Source: Bugula neritina (taxonomy: Eukaryota > Animalia > Bryozoa). From it: 64,000 nucleotides of DNA. A model generated the notes under the pieces. It saw nothing but the letters and a program-made list of their open reading frames with translations. It was not told where the DNA came from and ran no database searches. The translations under genes and the position numbers were made by a program. Positions 27,861 through 40,996 of the stretch are shown here, piece after piece; positions within the stretch are counted from its first letter, which is position 1; each line of letters starts with the position of its first letter. The stretch is taken from contig OZ037769.1 in assembly GCA_964035545.1 (NCBI GenBank), forward strand, positions 15,096,633 through 15,160,632, written 5' to 3'.

Positions 27861-29923
27861 ATCACCTTTGCAACATAATTCAATAATTGCATGGTCAAGC
27901 AGAATAAACTACAATTAACAGCAACAACAGTGTAATAGTTGCGTAGAAAAGTTGTACTGCAAAAAACTAAAAGAATGCAAAATCTATAAATGTGTGCTAC
28001 CAAGTAAATGCTGAACAGACATCATAAAATAGTGTACGAAATACAAACTATTAAACTTACCTGTTGATCTAATGCAGCCAAAACCTTAAGCTTAGAGTAG
28101 TGGAATGGTGCTGTTCGATGTTGAAATGCTACAAGTAGCTAAGATGACTCAAATTCTTGCCTTTAGGAGTAAGAGGCCTCAGCTCAGTTTCAACAAAACT
28201 TCCAATAATCTCAACGGATGCGCTCAATTAGGAGCCACAACAAAGCACACCCATGTCATTTTAGTAAACTCTAAAAAATGAACGAAAATAAAACTGTTAG
28301 AGAGTAAACAGAGAAACATATAGTGATGGGGGAAAAACCTGTCAGCAAAGGTTAGATACACTCATAGCCATAACACGAAGAAAAAGATAATGAATAACAA
28401 CCTATTCAAGATGACACAAGAAACCAAACAAATTTCTTTGACTAAAAAATATAATTAAATACTATATTACTTGGCAAAAAATATTTGTTTTGAACAACGT
28501 ATTATTGGGAAGAATTGCCAGTGTCTTAAATTTTGAGATTAAAATTTCTGCCTTATAGCGGAAATAGAGAGGCAATCAATAGTGTACAAAACATGTTTTC
28601 AGTCATTGGCTGTTGACTAAATTGACAAAGTTAAAGAAAGCTTCCATATCATTATTTATTTTGTTCTCAAGTGTGTGGTTACAGTTTCATGAGTCAGAAA
28701 TATAATTATTTGAGATATGAAATCAAATGTAGTCAAAAGAGTGTCATACAATTTAAAATGTAGTAATAGAGCTTTGACAATAATTTCTTCTGCTAAGTAA
28801 AACAGGTACCATTATGTGCTACTTATCTTTTAGAGATGAACATCAAGGATGTTGAAAACAAATAGTTGTAAATTACAGCAAATACCTTTCTACTTACCTA
28901 ACCAGAGAAAATAAGTTTTCAACCTTGCATGCACTCAGCTGGTTTTCAATGTTTGGATCAGTGACATCTTTATAACTGATAGCAGCATTATGTGATAGCT
29001 TTAGGAATTGTTACCTTAAATCTAAATTATATAGAACAAGAAGTGCAAAAATATGGCATTAGTACTCATTGCACAATACACACTTGCTAGAGTAGCTAAT
29101 CTAGCATCACATTAATTTAAGAAAGACAAAATTTTATTACTGTTCACAAATGATGAATATTAAAATTTGAATAATTAGACAAATTACCAATGATATTGAT
29201 GTTAGTTCAAACATTACTAATGGTAAACACCAAAATACTAATAGGAATAGTCATGTTAACATCAATTAGAAAAGTAAAGATAATTTGAAAATGAGACAGT
29301 TTATAGGTCTAACTCTTATAGTTGACAAGCAATTACAGGGCAGTCATATTGATGTAGGCTACCCTCAAAATGTAGCACTTTAAAAATATTAAAAAGACAG
29401 CACATATAAGAACATAATCTTAAAAATAGGCATATGTGACACCTATATTTTGATTAACAAAGAAATCTTCTTTACTTTATTAATCTAGCTCATATAATGG
29501 TATTCTGTCTTAGTATGTTATTTTAATACTTGAAATCTAATCAGCTACAGAAAAGTACTTCAATTCAAAGGCCTTCATAATTATTCTTTAGTTTGCTATT
29601 TAAATAGTCAGTAAGGTTGATGAATAAAATAAAAGTTAGTAAAGTAAAAACTAAATAAATTGAGATAAATATCTCCACTCTAAGGTTATAATCCTTATAA
29701 ATTAACATTTTAATACTCCTGTTATCCTTAGGTATAGTTGTTAGCATTTTAACTATGAGCTCGAAGCCAAATGTCAGTATCAGCATCCCCATTACATTGA
29801 CTAAGACTGACTTTATAACCCTCAAGCTGTGGCACTCAATTTCTATAAGTAGTAACTAATAACAAATATAAAATTATTTATTTGCTACTGATAGTGATAA
29901 TAATAATAATTAAAAATAATAAT

Positions 29924-32888
29924 ATGATCCATTAAAATAGAACTAATAAAGCCAACGACGTTAATGGTATGTCTAACTAAACATGGCATGTCTCGTCTGG
30001 CAGTGGGTATGTGGAGGGCCAGGCAACCTACGGCCGTCAACCCGTTAATGGCACAACTAAAAGAAGATACTCAAGAGAAGACAACAAAGTTGTCATGAAA
30101 TGCTGCTTCAAAAGTACACCCAAATTGAGAGGTTATAGAAAAACAATGTATGAGCTCTGTAGACCCGGATCAAAGAATTATTTAAAAAGAATGTGCAAAC
30201 GCTGGAAAACAGAGGAGAGTTTAACATCAGCGAATAGAGACTAGCGGATTAAGCAAGAACTATGAAGAAACACAAGCATTTTATAGAAGAAGAACTCCAT
30301 AAGATTGAAGAAGGAACCTTGCAAGAACAAGGCACATCAATTGGTGAAGAAGATAATGAAGAGCTAAATTTGCAAATAGAGGATGTTATAGTACAACATG
30401 AGATAGCATATAAATCAGCCATGAGAATTTTAAGAGTACCTAGTTCAGAGGTAGAAAAAGTGTTAGTAGAAAAATTATAAATGAGCATAACAAACTATCT
30501 AATGATCGACCAACACTAAGAGCCCTTAGGCACATTGAGAGGGTCAAATTACTATGGGCAGTAAAACAGATTAATGATGTGCTAAACTGTGTTGAGATTA
30601 TTAATACCATTGAGCTTAATAACACCACCATGGCTTGTGCGAAAAATAGTAACAGAACAAGTGTGTAACAAAAAGGAAAAAGAAAAACTGACAAAGTACA
30701 AGTATGGAAAATACGACTGCAGAAGAAATAAAAAGAAATTAGATCAGACTTAAGTAAAATAGCAGAGTGAAAAAGTAGAGCTTACAATGATTCATTGAGA
30801 AGAATGGTTGAAGAAAAATATAGGATAAAGAACAAAGAGTGTGGTGTAGTGATTGAAAAACTGAAGCAAAACCTGAGAGCTGTAAGCCAGAAGATAAACA
30901 GATATACAGAATGAGTTGATCAATATAATCAGAACACAATGTTTACAATGATAAGCGCTTTTATCAAGAATTACGAGGAAATGAATACGTACATCTAAAG
31001 AGGCACCTGACAAGGAAATCAAAAGCATTCTGATAAAATATATGGGGTCAGCCAACTAAAAATAATACCAATGCAGAATGACTAAATAAAGTTAGCAACA
31101 AATTGGAGCATATGTAAAGACAAGGAAATTAGATCTTAGAAACGATGCAAACAACTGGAATAGCAATTAATGTCATAAGGTTGATAAGAAAAAGCATGAA
31201 ACCTGGAAAACACAACTGAAATACCTGGAAGAAAAGATAGGAGAAATAAAGATCAAACTAAGAATTTTCCAAGGAGACTCTTTATCTCTATCCCTTTTCT
31301 CCAACTACCGATTCGCATGACAGAAGCGGCTCAATGATGCAAATTTCGACGAGACAGAAAACAAACCATCTCCTATATGTGGATGACCTGAAGGTAAATA
31401 GGAAATCAAAGTGGGCACTGGAAGCTTTGGTAAACACTGCCGGGATCTTCACAAGGAATATAGAAATGAAATTTGGATTAAAAAATGTGCCACACTGGTT
31501 ATGAGAAAGGGAAAGAAAATTAAGGACACAGGAATCAGTTTGCCTGATGAACAGGTAATCAAAGATCTGGGTGAGAAGCCGTATAAATATCTAGGAGTTT
31601 TTGAGATTGATGGAATACAAATATATGAAATGAAAAATAAGATCAAGGAGTACTACAAACAAATAAGAAAAGTTCTGGATTCAAAACTGAATGGTGAGAA
31701 CACAATCAAAGCAATAAACACATGGGCAGTAACAGCAGTGCATTACACAGCTAGAATACTTGACTGAACTGTTTCATGAGCTAAAAAATATAGACTGAAA
31801 GACAAGGAAGCTAATGACAACAAACCGTGCACCCTATCCGAGAGCAGATGTAGGCAGGCTGTATTTTAGCAGAAGGGAAGGCGGTAGAAAAATGTTGTCA
31901 ACTGAAAAATGCATAAAGATTGAAAACTGCAGCATGTCAGACTACATAAATATAACATAGACTGATAGAAACACCACACTGAATACCTTCCTAAAAGACA
32001 GAACAGCGGTAGAACTAAATAATGATAACGTGATAGAAAGAACTGATGAGTGTAAAGAAAAGCTTCACGTGGTCAATACATCAAAATGGTGGAAGACATG
32101 AAAGCATTTTCCTGGAACTGGTTGAAGTATGGTTGGCTGAAAAAGGAAACAGAAGGACTGCTGACAGCTGCGCAAAATCAACTATTCACTACTAGAAATT
32201 ATAAAGTGGCTATGATGAGAGAACAGGGTAGCAAGAAGTGTGGAATGTGTAACGCAAGAGACAAAACTTCGATGCACGTATTGAGTGAGTTTGAGAAGGT
32301 AGCAGAAGGAGAATATAAGAAAAAACACAACCTTTTGGCATTGATAATTTCAATAGTAGTTGTGTGAACTTCGTGGGTTTCAGAAAAGTAAGAATTGGTA
32401 CGGCCATCAAGCAGAATAAGTACTGGAAAATGATAATGTGAAAACCTTGTAAGATTTTAACATACACACTGACGTAGTCATCAAAGTTAGGAGACCCGAT
32501 ATATTAGTAGTTGACAAGCATAATGCTGAAACAACGATAATTGATATAACAGTCCCTGTTAACTACAGAGTAAAAGAAAAAAATTCGAAAAGTTAGGGAA
32601 ATATCAGAATTTAGCACTAGAATAAACCCGCCTTTGGAAAACATCAAAAAAGTCATCCCGTTGTAACTGGAGCCTTTGGAGCTTTATACAAGATTGTAGA
32701 CTGGCTGACACTACTTGGAGTAGCTGAGAACAAATGCTCATTAATTCAGCAGACACCCTTACTAGGATCAGGATAAGCTCACATCCTGAGGAAAGTTCTA
32801 TCCATTTCAGCCTAGTATAACTAGGCCAATGGTAAAAGGTTACACCAGCTAAAAAACTACGGTCAATCAACAATAATAATAATAATAG
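29924..32888 (+). mobile_element. Decayed R4/Dong-like non-LTR retrotransposon (RT + zinc knuckle + restriction-like endonuclease), copy A
   Basis: IFQGDSLS, YVDDLK, YKYLGV, AINTWAV, KETEGLLTAAQ, CGMC...HVLS, RRPDILVVD, IIDI.VP motifs; many stops, front of RT deleted; bordered by (AAT)n on both sides. Confidence 0.85.
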
Positions 32889-33929
32889 TGCAGTTGGTTC
32901 TATTATTAGATTAGCATATCGATTATGACTTTTCGATTGCCACCCTGATACTATGAGTAAAATGTACAAGCATACGTGAAAGTATAGATATGATCATAAG
33001 TATAAAAATAGGTATAAGTATAAATATAAATATAGGTACAAGTATAAAACGAATGATTATATTATTAATAATATTAGTCAGTGATACCTATAACCGTAAT
33101 GGTTTTTAGACTTACAGTTATCATTAACATTAGCTGAGTAATATGATTAGTTAAAATAATGGTATTCATTATCATATCATAGTTATAAGTTATAACTCTA
33201 GTCTCTAAAGAGCAACAGCAAGTGTAATTGGGATATTCATATTAAATTTCATATTCACATAGTGAAATGTTTATGTTATGAACTAATTTATTCCTTCAAC
33301 ATTTAACTATAAATATGATTAACACTAACTTTGACCAGCAGTATTACTAAAAGAAACGTATTACAAATATAAGATAATAAAATTCTAGTAGTAGGACTAA
33401 TAGTATTACTAGGTCCAGTATTATTCTTGTTATCTTATTCATCATTCATGAGTTATCAAATTTAAAATTACTACTTATTAGCATCAGCATATAAAAAGTA
33501 AGATCATTAGGAATAATTATCATGAGGTATGATCTATGATTTGCCTTATCCATATATAGTTTAATATCAATATGATATATTATTATTGCTGATAGTCTAT
33601 GTTATAGTTAAATTTATACTTATCTTTACAGTTACCTATAGTAGCACTTATTAGTTATTTGTGGTAGCCAAACTAATGTTTAATATTAATAAATTAAACT
33701 GAGTATCATAAAAGTGTTACTAAGAATTTTAATTATAATCGTAATGGTGATCATATTACTTTATTATAATTAGTATATTTTATCATTAATGCTAAACTGA
33801 GTTAATGTATATACTTTGAGTTTTACTATTACTCATTATATTTACACTTATAGTAAAACTAAATATGTAAAAGTTATACTTATACTATTATTATTCGTAT
33901 TTCATTAGACTTACATCTAAGATCGCAGT

Positions 33930-33991
33930 CCTATTACTACTACCACTGATACTAGTACTACAACTAGTACTAGTACTGCTACTAGTACTAG

Positions 33992-34023
<32 letters not shown>

Positions 34024-34090
34024 ATAGTACTGTTACTACTACTACTACTACTAGTACTACTACTAGGTCTACTACTGTACCAGTACAACT
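33930..34090. repeat. Degenerate (CTA/GTA)n trinucleotide repeat (copy at about 62015-62170)
   Basis: Directly visible; source of the poly-Ser ORFs. Confidence 0.92.
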
Positions 34091-35902
34091 ACAAACTTTG
34101 AAAATAACTGCAAGAAAGGTATGACTTACTCTTTTTCTTAGTCTTACTGTGACTCTCAGTCGTAATGTAAAATAAAATTGTGAACTGTAAAGTTAAACCC
34201 AAGGCTGAAATTTATTTAATTAAATTTAGACAATCTGAATCATTGGCTCAATCCTTGAGTTTGACTATTACTATTATTATTAGTGCTACGATTGCGATTA
34301 TCATTGGCATTATGCCATTATGATTATCATTATGATTGTAATTGTGGTAATTCTAACATTAATTATAATCATAAATTAAAAGGTAATGATTAATGATAAT
34401 TATTTTCATTTTGTAATCATAATGATAATCATAATGATGTAAATTTTGATGTAAAACCAAAATACTAAAACTAAAAGTAAAAGTTATAAAATTAAATGAT
34501 AAAATATTATAATGATAATTATTATATTTATTATATTATTATTGAATATATTATTTCATTAGAAAATAGGTTGCAGCTTAGCATGATTAAAATTCAGTAA
34601 AAATTAGTTTACCAACAGCAAACATGCATGCGTCTTGTCAACATTCAATTCGTAGTGTCATAGCGAAGCCAGATTACTGGTAGTACGACTACTAGAACTA
34701 CTACTACTAGTGATGGATTACAGATCCTTGGCGATTTTAGCTGTGAGTGACCTTCACCTCACATTCTCGTCATGTGCGCGGCATTAGACTAAGTAGAGGG
34801 TATGAAGCACTGAGCTGGAAAAGAAAGAATATATTTTAATTATAGGTAATACTAATAGTAATATAATTTATGGTAATATATAGGTAATATTATTGAGTTC
34901 ATTGGTATGGAGTATAGACCTATCACTGATAGTATCAGTATCAACTACCACTTACGTACTACTTCAACTTATAACTTACCTTCAACTCAAACTCAAACTG
35001 AAACTGCTTGGAATCATTTGTCTTTGATCATATTGGCATTGTCATTGTGATTGTAATAACTATTAATATTTTTAGTTCAACATCAATGCCGAACATATTG
35101 TAATAACTAATAAGATAATCATAAGGTTGATATATTTTGCTAATACTAATACTAATACTAATAGTTATAGTAATAGTTATAGTAATTCAGTGTCACTCTC
35201 ACTCTGGTGGAGTGAGACTCAGACTTAGAGTTAGAGACAGAGTGAGTCCGAGTAAGTCTGAGTGTTGGTAATAGTAATAGTCATATAAATTTAAATTATA
35301 TTTACTTATTTCTAGCAATCACAATGGCAATAGTTGTAGTAACTTTCACTTACTCTTAAATCATTGAACCTGAACTAAAAGTAAAATTAAGCATTATGAT
35401 TATCATTATGATTATACCTATGATTTTATTATGTTTAAATTAAAAATCAATATCATGATAATATCATAGTGATAGACATATTATTGATAAATGATAATAT
35501 AAAAGTAATTTGATAAATTATACATTGATTTTGAATTAAGGTGATACTGATACTAGACCGGTACTGAAAGTGATAGTAATACTAATAGTAATAGTAATAG
35601 TCATATAAATTTAAGTTATATTTACTCATTACCGGCAATCACAATGGCAATAGTAACTTAAACTGTAACAGTAATGGTATGGGTATGTTTGAAATTGTCA
35701 CTATCAGTATTGCTATGAATCAAAATATAATGCTATCATACCAATAATTTAAAATAATATTACAAAGCTTCAGTAGCAACTTTTACTTGTACCAGTTTGG
35801 AATTTTGAATTATACATATTCTTAGTTAAAGTCTTCAAGTTTATTGTCAAAATGAACTTGAAATTAAAGACTTAGTAGTAAAAATTAAACTAAGACTGAC
35901 TG

Positions 35903-38465
35903 CACAGTTAGTTTAAGGTCATTACTTTCCAGATTCAAGCACTGCTTTATGTTATATATAAACGGTTTCCAGGGGATAGCTCGAACAGTTTTTGTCTCAC
36001 ATTAACAAATTTTACATGAAAAGATAGCTCTTGCATTCCTCTTTCATATACTTTTTTAATTTTTCAATAAAAAATTTTCTGAGAAAGTTGTTGCATAATA
36101 AGTAAAATTTTACACCCTCCATGTTCCACTGCTGTAGCACAGGGGATTCATTTTATAAAGTCTAAAAGTTAAACTTGACATTCCTTGATATGTTTTCTCT
36201 AATATACTTTCTTTGTTTTTTAAAATTCTGTTTATGCTCTTCACAATTTGGTAAAAACATACACCATTTTGCAAGTTTCACTGCAATTTTCTAAATTCTT
36301 CATATGGTGGTTCTAGCTACGCTCCTGTGACTAATTATAACATTCCTAGTACGTTTGCCGCTCTGCGCTATCACAATAACATATAGTACCCTCTCGCACA
36401 AATTGGCAATCTATTGGATTTCTGCCAATATAATGTTCCCTGTTTTACATTAGCGCTTAGCTGAATCATCTCACTATGTTACAATAATATATTGAAAATG
36501 CCTCAGCACAACATAATTCTTTGTTTGTTTGGCAGAGTTAATTTCAGCTAAATCACTTCACTTTGCAGTCTTGTCAGTAAAGGTCTGTCTATAGCCCAGC
36601 AGGTGTACTTTCAGTTTCTCTAATTCGCATATGATTATTTTAAGTACATTGTATTCTATAAGATCAATTTAAGGTTTAGTCCAGTGTTCAGTATCTAATT
36701 ATTATGCATGTATGTTGTCTTACTGTTGAACAAAAGTTAAAAAAAAACTTTACAATTATAGCCATATTTATTATACATGCGTAGGATTTGCATAAGTTGA
36801 CAAAAAAAATTGCAACAAAACAGGATTGAACCATGACCAACCAAATTCTCGCTGACGCCTCTAACCTCTGGACCACGCATTCATCGTTAATGAAACGCGC
36901 ACTATATGAGTAACTATCATTACATAAATATTTCGCGCGCAAATGGGTTATAATTATTAGGCTGATAGCAGTCAACTGTTGCAATAGTCTCAGGTTACTA
37001 GCAAAGCTAATGGTTTTGAACAAATAACCCAAAAGTTTAAAAAATAAGTAGCTTGCGTATTGCTAGCTACAAAAACAACTCTGAAATAGACTGGTAAAGC
37101 AAGCTCTTATTGTAGAGTTTGCAGATGTGCTCTAAAATAAAACTTAAACTGTATGCTATTACATAAGTATTTGTATGCGAGAGATAAATGGACATTACTG
37201 AGTTTCTGGAAAACAACATACTTGAAGTTAACTTTGACAATGGTGTGTTATTTTCATCATACACTAGCACAGATAGGGCCTATAGCATAAATCTCTAATC
37301 ATATGAATCTTTATGAAGCCCACAGCTCATGTAAGGGTGGCAAATGTAATTTGAAACTAAAAATTGTGTTGCTGCATTGTGTCTAAGGTATATTAGAGAG
37401 CAGAATTTGGTTTTACTAGCCTACCCCAACGGCATTCTACAATGCAGCTTATATGCTGGCAGTTGTAATAAGTACTGTCAATAGCAAGGTTACTATCACT
37501 GCTAGCTCTGTGCAGTATGTAACCTCTTGAATAATTGCGCCAATTTTAAACTCTTGGAAGTTGGCCAAGTTATCATATCGCAGCCAGCCACCGGAGACAA
37601 AGCATCAGAGCTATTCATATAATACTGATGCACTCGGTAGCAGAGTGGCTAATCTAATATAGTTCATAGTTCAACACCCTTTACTTTGGGAATACAGCCT
37701 CTTTTTTTAGGTTTACCTTACAAAGCATGAACATATCTAAACTGATATTCTGATAATTTAGAGGTACATTTTGAAAACTAGGTTAATTGCACTTGTTTGC
37801 ACAACAACAATAATAAAATAGATATTATGCAGTATAATAAAAACACACATAATACTATATAATATATTATAATGATAATAATATAATATTATAAGTACCA
37901 TTACTGCATTTTATAAATCACATGGTTGCCAAAAAAATGTATCACAAATTTTGTAATTATACATCAAAAATAGAACTATAGCTAGGCAGCAGGTTAGAAT
38001 AGAGTAAATTTTTAAAACATAAAATCATGATTTGACTATTGTTTTATTTAGGCCAACCAACCTAGGAATACAAGATTGGGTTTTAGCTGACAGTTTATAA
38101 CATTTAGCTTTTGAGCCAGCAGCACTGGCACTTGTGAAGTATAGGCAAAGTTAGTGAAGCGAGACTAACTATAGCACTCAAATACAAGGCATATTGAGAC
38201 GCGATAACAAGTCAGGAGCGTATAAATTGAAAAGAATGTGGAAGGGGGACTATGTTTTTCAACAAGCTATAACTTAAACATGAATTGGTTTTTGAAAAAA
38301 ATAAAAAAGTATATTGGAGAACATAAGTTTCTTTATCTTTTCATATTTTTTTTGTTCCTGTGACATTCAACCTGTTCGAGCTATCAGTGGAACATTGTTC
38401 ATATAGAACATAAAGCACCTGGCAAAGAGCCAGAAAATGAAAAGTGTGACCTTAAACTAACTGTG
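35903..38465. mobile_element. Complete non-autonomous CACAG-ended DNA transposon (CMC/EnSpm-like, 2-bp TSD TG)
   Basis: 19-bp TIR CACAGTTAGTTTAAGGTCA / TGACCTTAAACTAACTGTG plus imperfect subterminal inverted similarity; the empty site at about 63965-63981 (gactgacTGtaagtgac) shows a TG duplication; no transposase ORF. Confidence 0.92.
36802..36878 (-). other. tRNA-like Pol III unit (A box, B box, T-run) inside the DNA transposon; homologue at about 2555-2635
   Basis: Minus strand TGGTCCAGAGG ... GGTTCAATCC ... TTTTTTTT; no convincing cloverleaf. Confidence 0.5.
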
Positions 38466-39278
38466 TGTAAGTGACTAAGATTAAAAATAAGTAATTTTAA
38501 ATATCGATTTAGTATTTTTCTTACTCTTTGTCTTAAAATTGACTTTTATTTTGCACCTACTTCTGGTCAATGATTCTTTTTTCTATTTATATTACTATTG
38601 CTATTAGTATAATTGACTTAAATTTAATAATAGATATGATTATATCTTTATAAATGTGATATTTGATTTTATGAATAGTAATTCGAAAACTCTTTGGTAT
38701 TATTTATTTTTGATCATTGTAGTTATTATCATTATATTTGTATAATAATTATGATTATCAAATTCAATATCGATATTTGTATTATGGTATGGATATCTGC
38801 CTCCATCCCATGTTCTGTTTTGCAGTGCCTTTTTACATTCACGTCTAGCTTCACATTGCGATGGTCATACTGATAGCACTTGGGGACAGTGATGAGCATA
38901 ATGATTATCACTAATATTAGGATTATCGTTATTAGGATTTAGAATAATTTAATAAACAAGCAACTTAAAACAAATGTTTTTACTAATATACATAATAATT
39001 ACTAATATAAATATACTACTATGAATATTATAATTATTATACTTTACAATTCAAAGTAAGATAATCATAATACGAACTGGTAAAACTAAATATAAAGTAA
39101 ATGTAATAATACTAATAGTAGTTATCCATTCCCCTTTGGTTTCACATACTAATAATTGGAAACCTCTGTCCTAATATTATTTCTATTAATATTGCTCAAA
39201 GTTTGATCCCTATTTAATTTTATAGTTCACTCACCAGCTACATAATTTTATTAAAATACATGTGGTATTGGTTATAGT

Positions 39279-39629
39279 TTAGTAATTTGTTCAATTACTG
39301 AGCGTGAGTTATTTACTTGCGTATAGTTAGCTGGTTATTCTGTTATCAATTACTAAGGTAGCTGTCGAGTAATTATATTTATTATCCACAATAAAGCATA
39401 AACCAAACATCACATCAAATTATCCTATACAAGAGTCAACTACTAACACATGTTACTACTACAAGCCTCCGCTTACAACAACGTGATATAATGTTAATAA
39501 CCCGGGAAGTGTCACGTGACTCGGAAGCATATCTTCCGGAGCTGCTAATTGGTTGCTACATAAGAGTCTAAGTATTCCAAGAGTAGGGAGAGGGCGATTC
39601 CTGTATTTGTACTTGCACTACTCACTACA
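39279..39629 (-). repeat. 3' LTR, copy 1
   Basis: Direct repeat of 44190-44541; preceded on the minus strand by the polypurine tract GGGGGGGACGG. Confidence 0.96.
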
Positions 39630-39920
39630 CCGTCCCCCCCAGCAGAAAGCCCTACTTTCTGATAACACAATAAAAAAACATAATGAAAAACCATACAATA
39701 ATCCAAAAAGGAAAATATACATAAGTAAACCCACAAAGAGTAAGAAAAGAAATAGTTAAACACGACAACATTTACATTAGAAGACAACAGGGTGATCGAT
39801 CACACACATCTAGTCAGCTATTAAGAGAGAGGGTGCTTACCAGCACGCGGGCCAATGTCGGAGCGCTCGTCACATTCCAAACGAGCTATAGCTCAACGAA
39901 GGTGCCTACCCCAGGCATTC

Positions 39921-40973
39921 TCATTGGTTGGACTCTGCTTCTTGTAGCGACCGTGCTCTGTGTCGAGCCTGTCGGGCCCGTAGCCGCCTCTTCAGTCGCC
40001 CTACTGAGTCCTTCAACTGGTATAGACCTGTCGTCGTATCCAGCAAGTCAGGGGCAAGTTGTGTGAACTCGGCTTGCAGTCTTAGAAGCCGCTCTTCTAC
40101 GTTAGCCAGCTGGCTAGGCCTTGGTGGGGTTATAGGGGTCTCCGTTAGACGGGATATGGTTGTTTCTTCTACTTCTGGGGTGTTGCTAGGGTTGACGGGG
40201 GTAGGAGGTGGGCCCTGAACCATAGGGGACTTATGGCGGGCAGATAGTAACAGTACGTGAAACCCTGACGTTAGTGCGGCCAGGGTAATAGCCTTCCTGA
40301 TGACTGGCTTGATGGCATCCAGGTATAGGGGGAAACTGTCTTCATCAACAGTGTGGTTCTCTCCGGCGAAGCAGCTTAGCTTATGTACTGTCACGGGATA
40401 TGGGTAGACGTCGTGGAACCCGCAGGGACAGAAGTGGAGTAGGAAATGGGCGTCTACATGTAAACGCAGGGAGCGGTGCGACGGGCACTCCTCAAAGCAG
40501 ACCTGGCAGGTTTGGTGTGGTCCACTGGGTCCCCAGGCTTCTTCAATTCTCCTCTCTGTCGTGGGTGACACCCAACGGTGTCGTCGGCGGAGTACTACTG
40601 GTATGCCATTCTCCATTACAGGCTCTTCTTCCATAGACAGAGAGGTTGGCTGGTCCCGTGACCGGGAGGTGGTCACTCGAGTGTGATCTGAAAGAGTAGC
40701 AGTGTTAAAGATTATACACTGAGACACCGTCGGCGTGTACAGCCTGATCGGTACTCTGTTCAGTTACACTCGTGAGATTCAGGCTAATGAATAGTTGATG
40801 GAGAACACACTCGCTATGACAGATTATTTAAAATCAAAGTCGACGTGTATTCCCACCACTGTTTATCATTATCGAATCTCCAGCTAGCTAGTGTAGCTAA
40901 GCTGACTGATGCAGTCTAGTTATCGTACCAAAAACATAATTAACTCACCCTTCGATCCAGAATAGTAAGACAT
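39921..40973 (-). CDS. ORF3: two-exon gene (40973-40949 + 40687-39921, 263 aa) for a C2H2 + C2HC zinc-finger, Pro-linker, coiled-coil/basic-tail protein
   Basis: CCAAAATG start, AAGG|GTGAGT donor, CTCTTTCAG|AT acceptor, in-frame join MSYYSGSK-D-HTRV; CQVC-x12-H-x3-H and CPC-x12-H-x3-C; heptad leucines then RLKRRLRARQARHRAR. Confidence 0.8.
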
Positions 40974-40996
40974 TTTGGAATGAGAGTGGTAACTGA

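Larger units (their letters stand above)
27840..38494 (+). repeat. Segmental duplication, copy A
   Basis: Near-identical (roughly 1% differences by eye) to 50670-64000 apart from TE insertions and small indels. Confidence 0.95.

Noticed and set aside
33891-34088. Poly-Ser ORF (and 61977-62168)
   Set aside because: Translation of a (CTA)n repeat.
39921-40727. ORF3 as an envelope gene, or starting at 40727 as in the ORF track
   Set aside because: No signal peptide, fusion peptide or TM anchor; 40727 is a non-ATG start inside the predicted intron.
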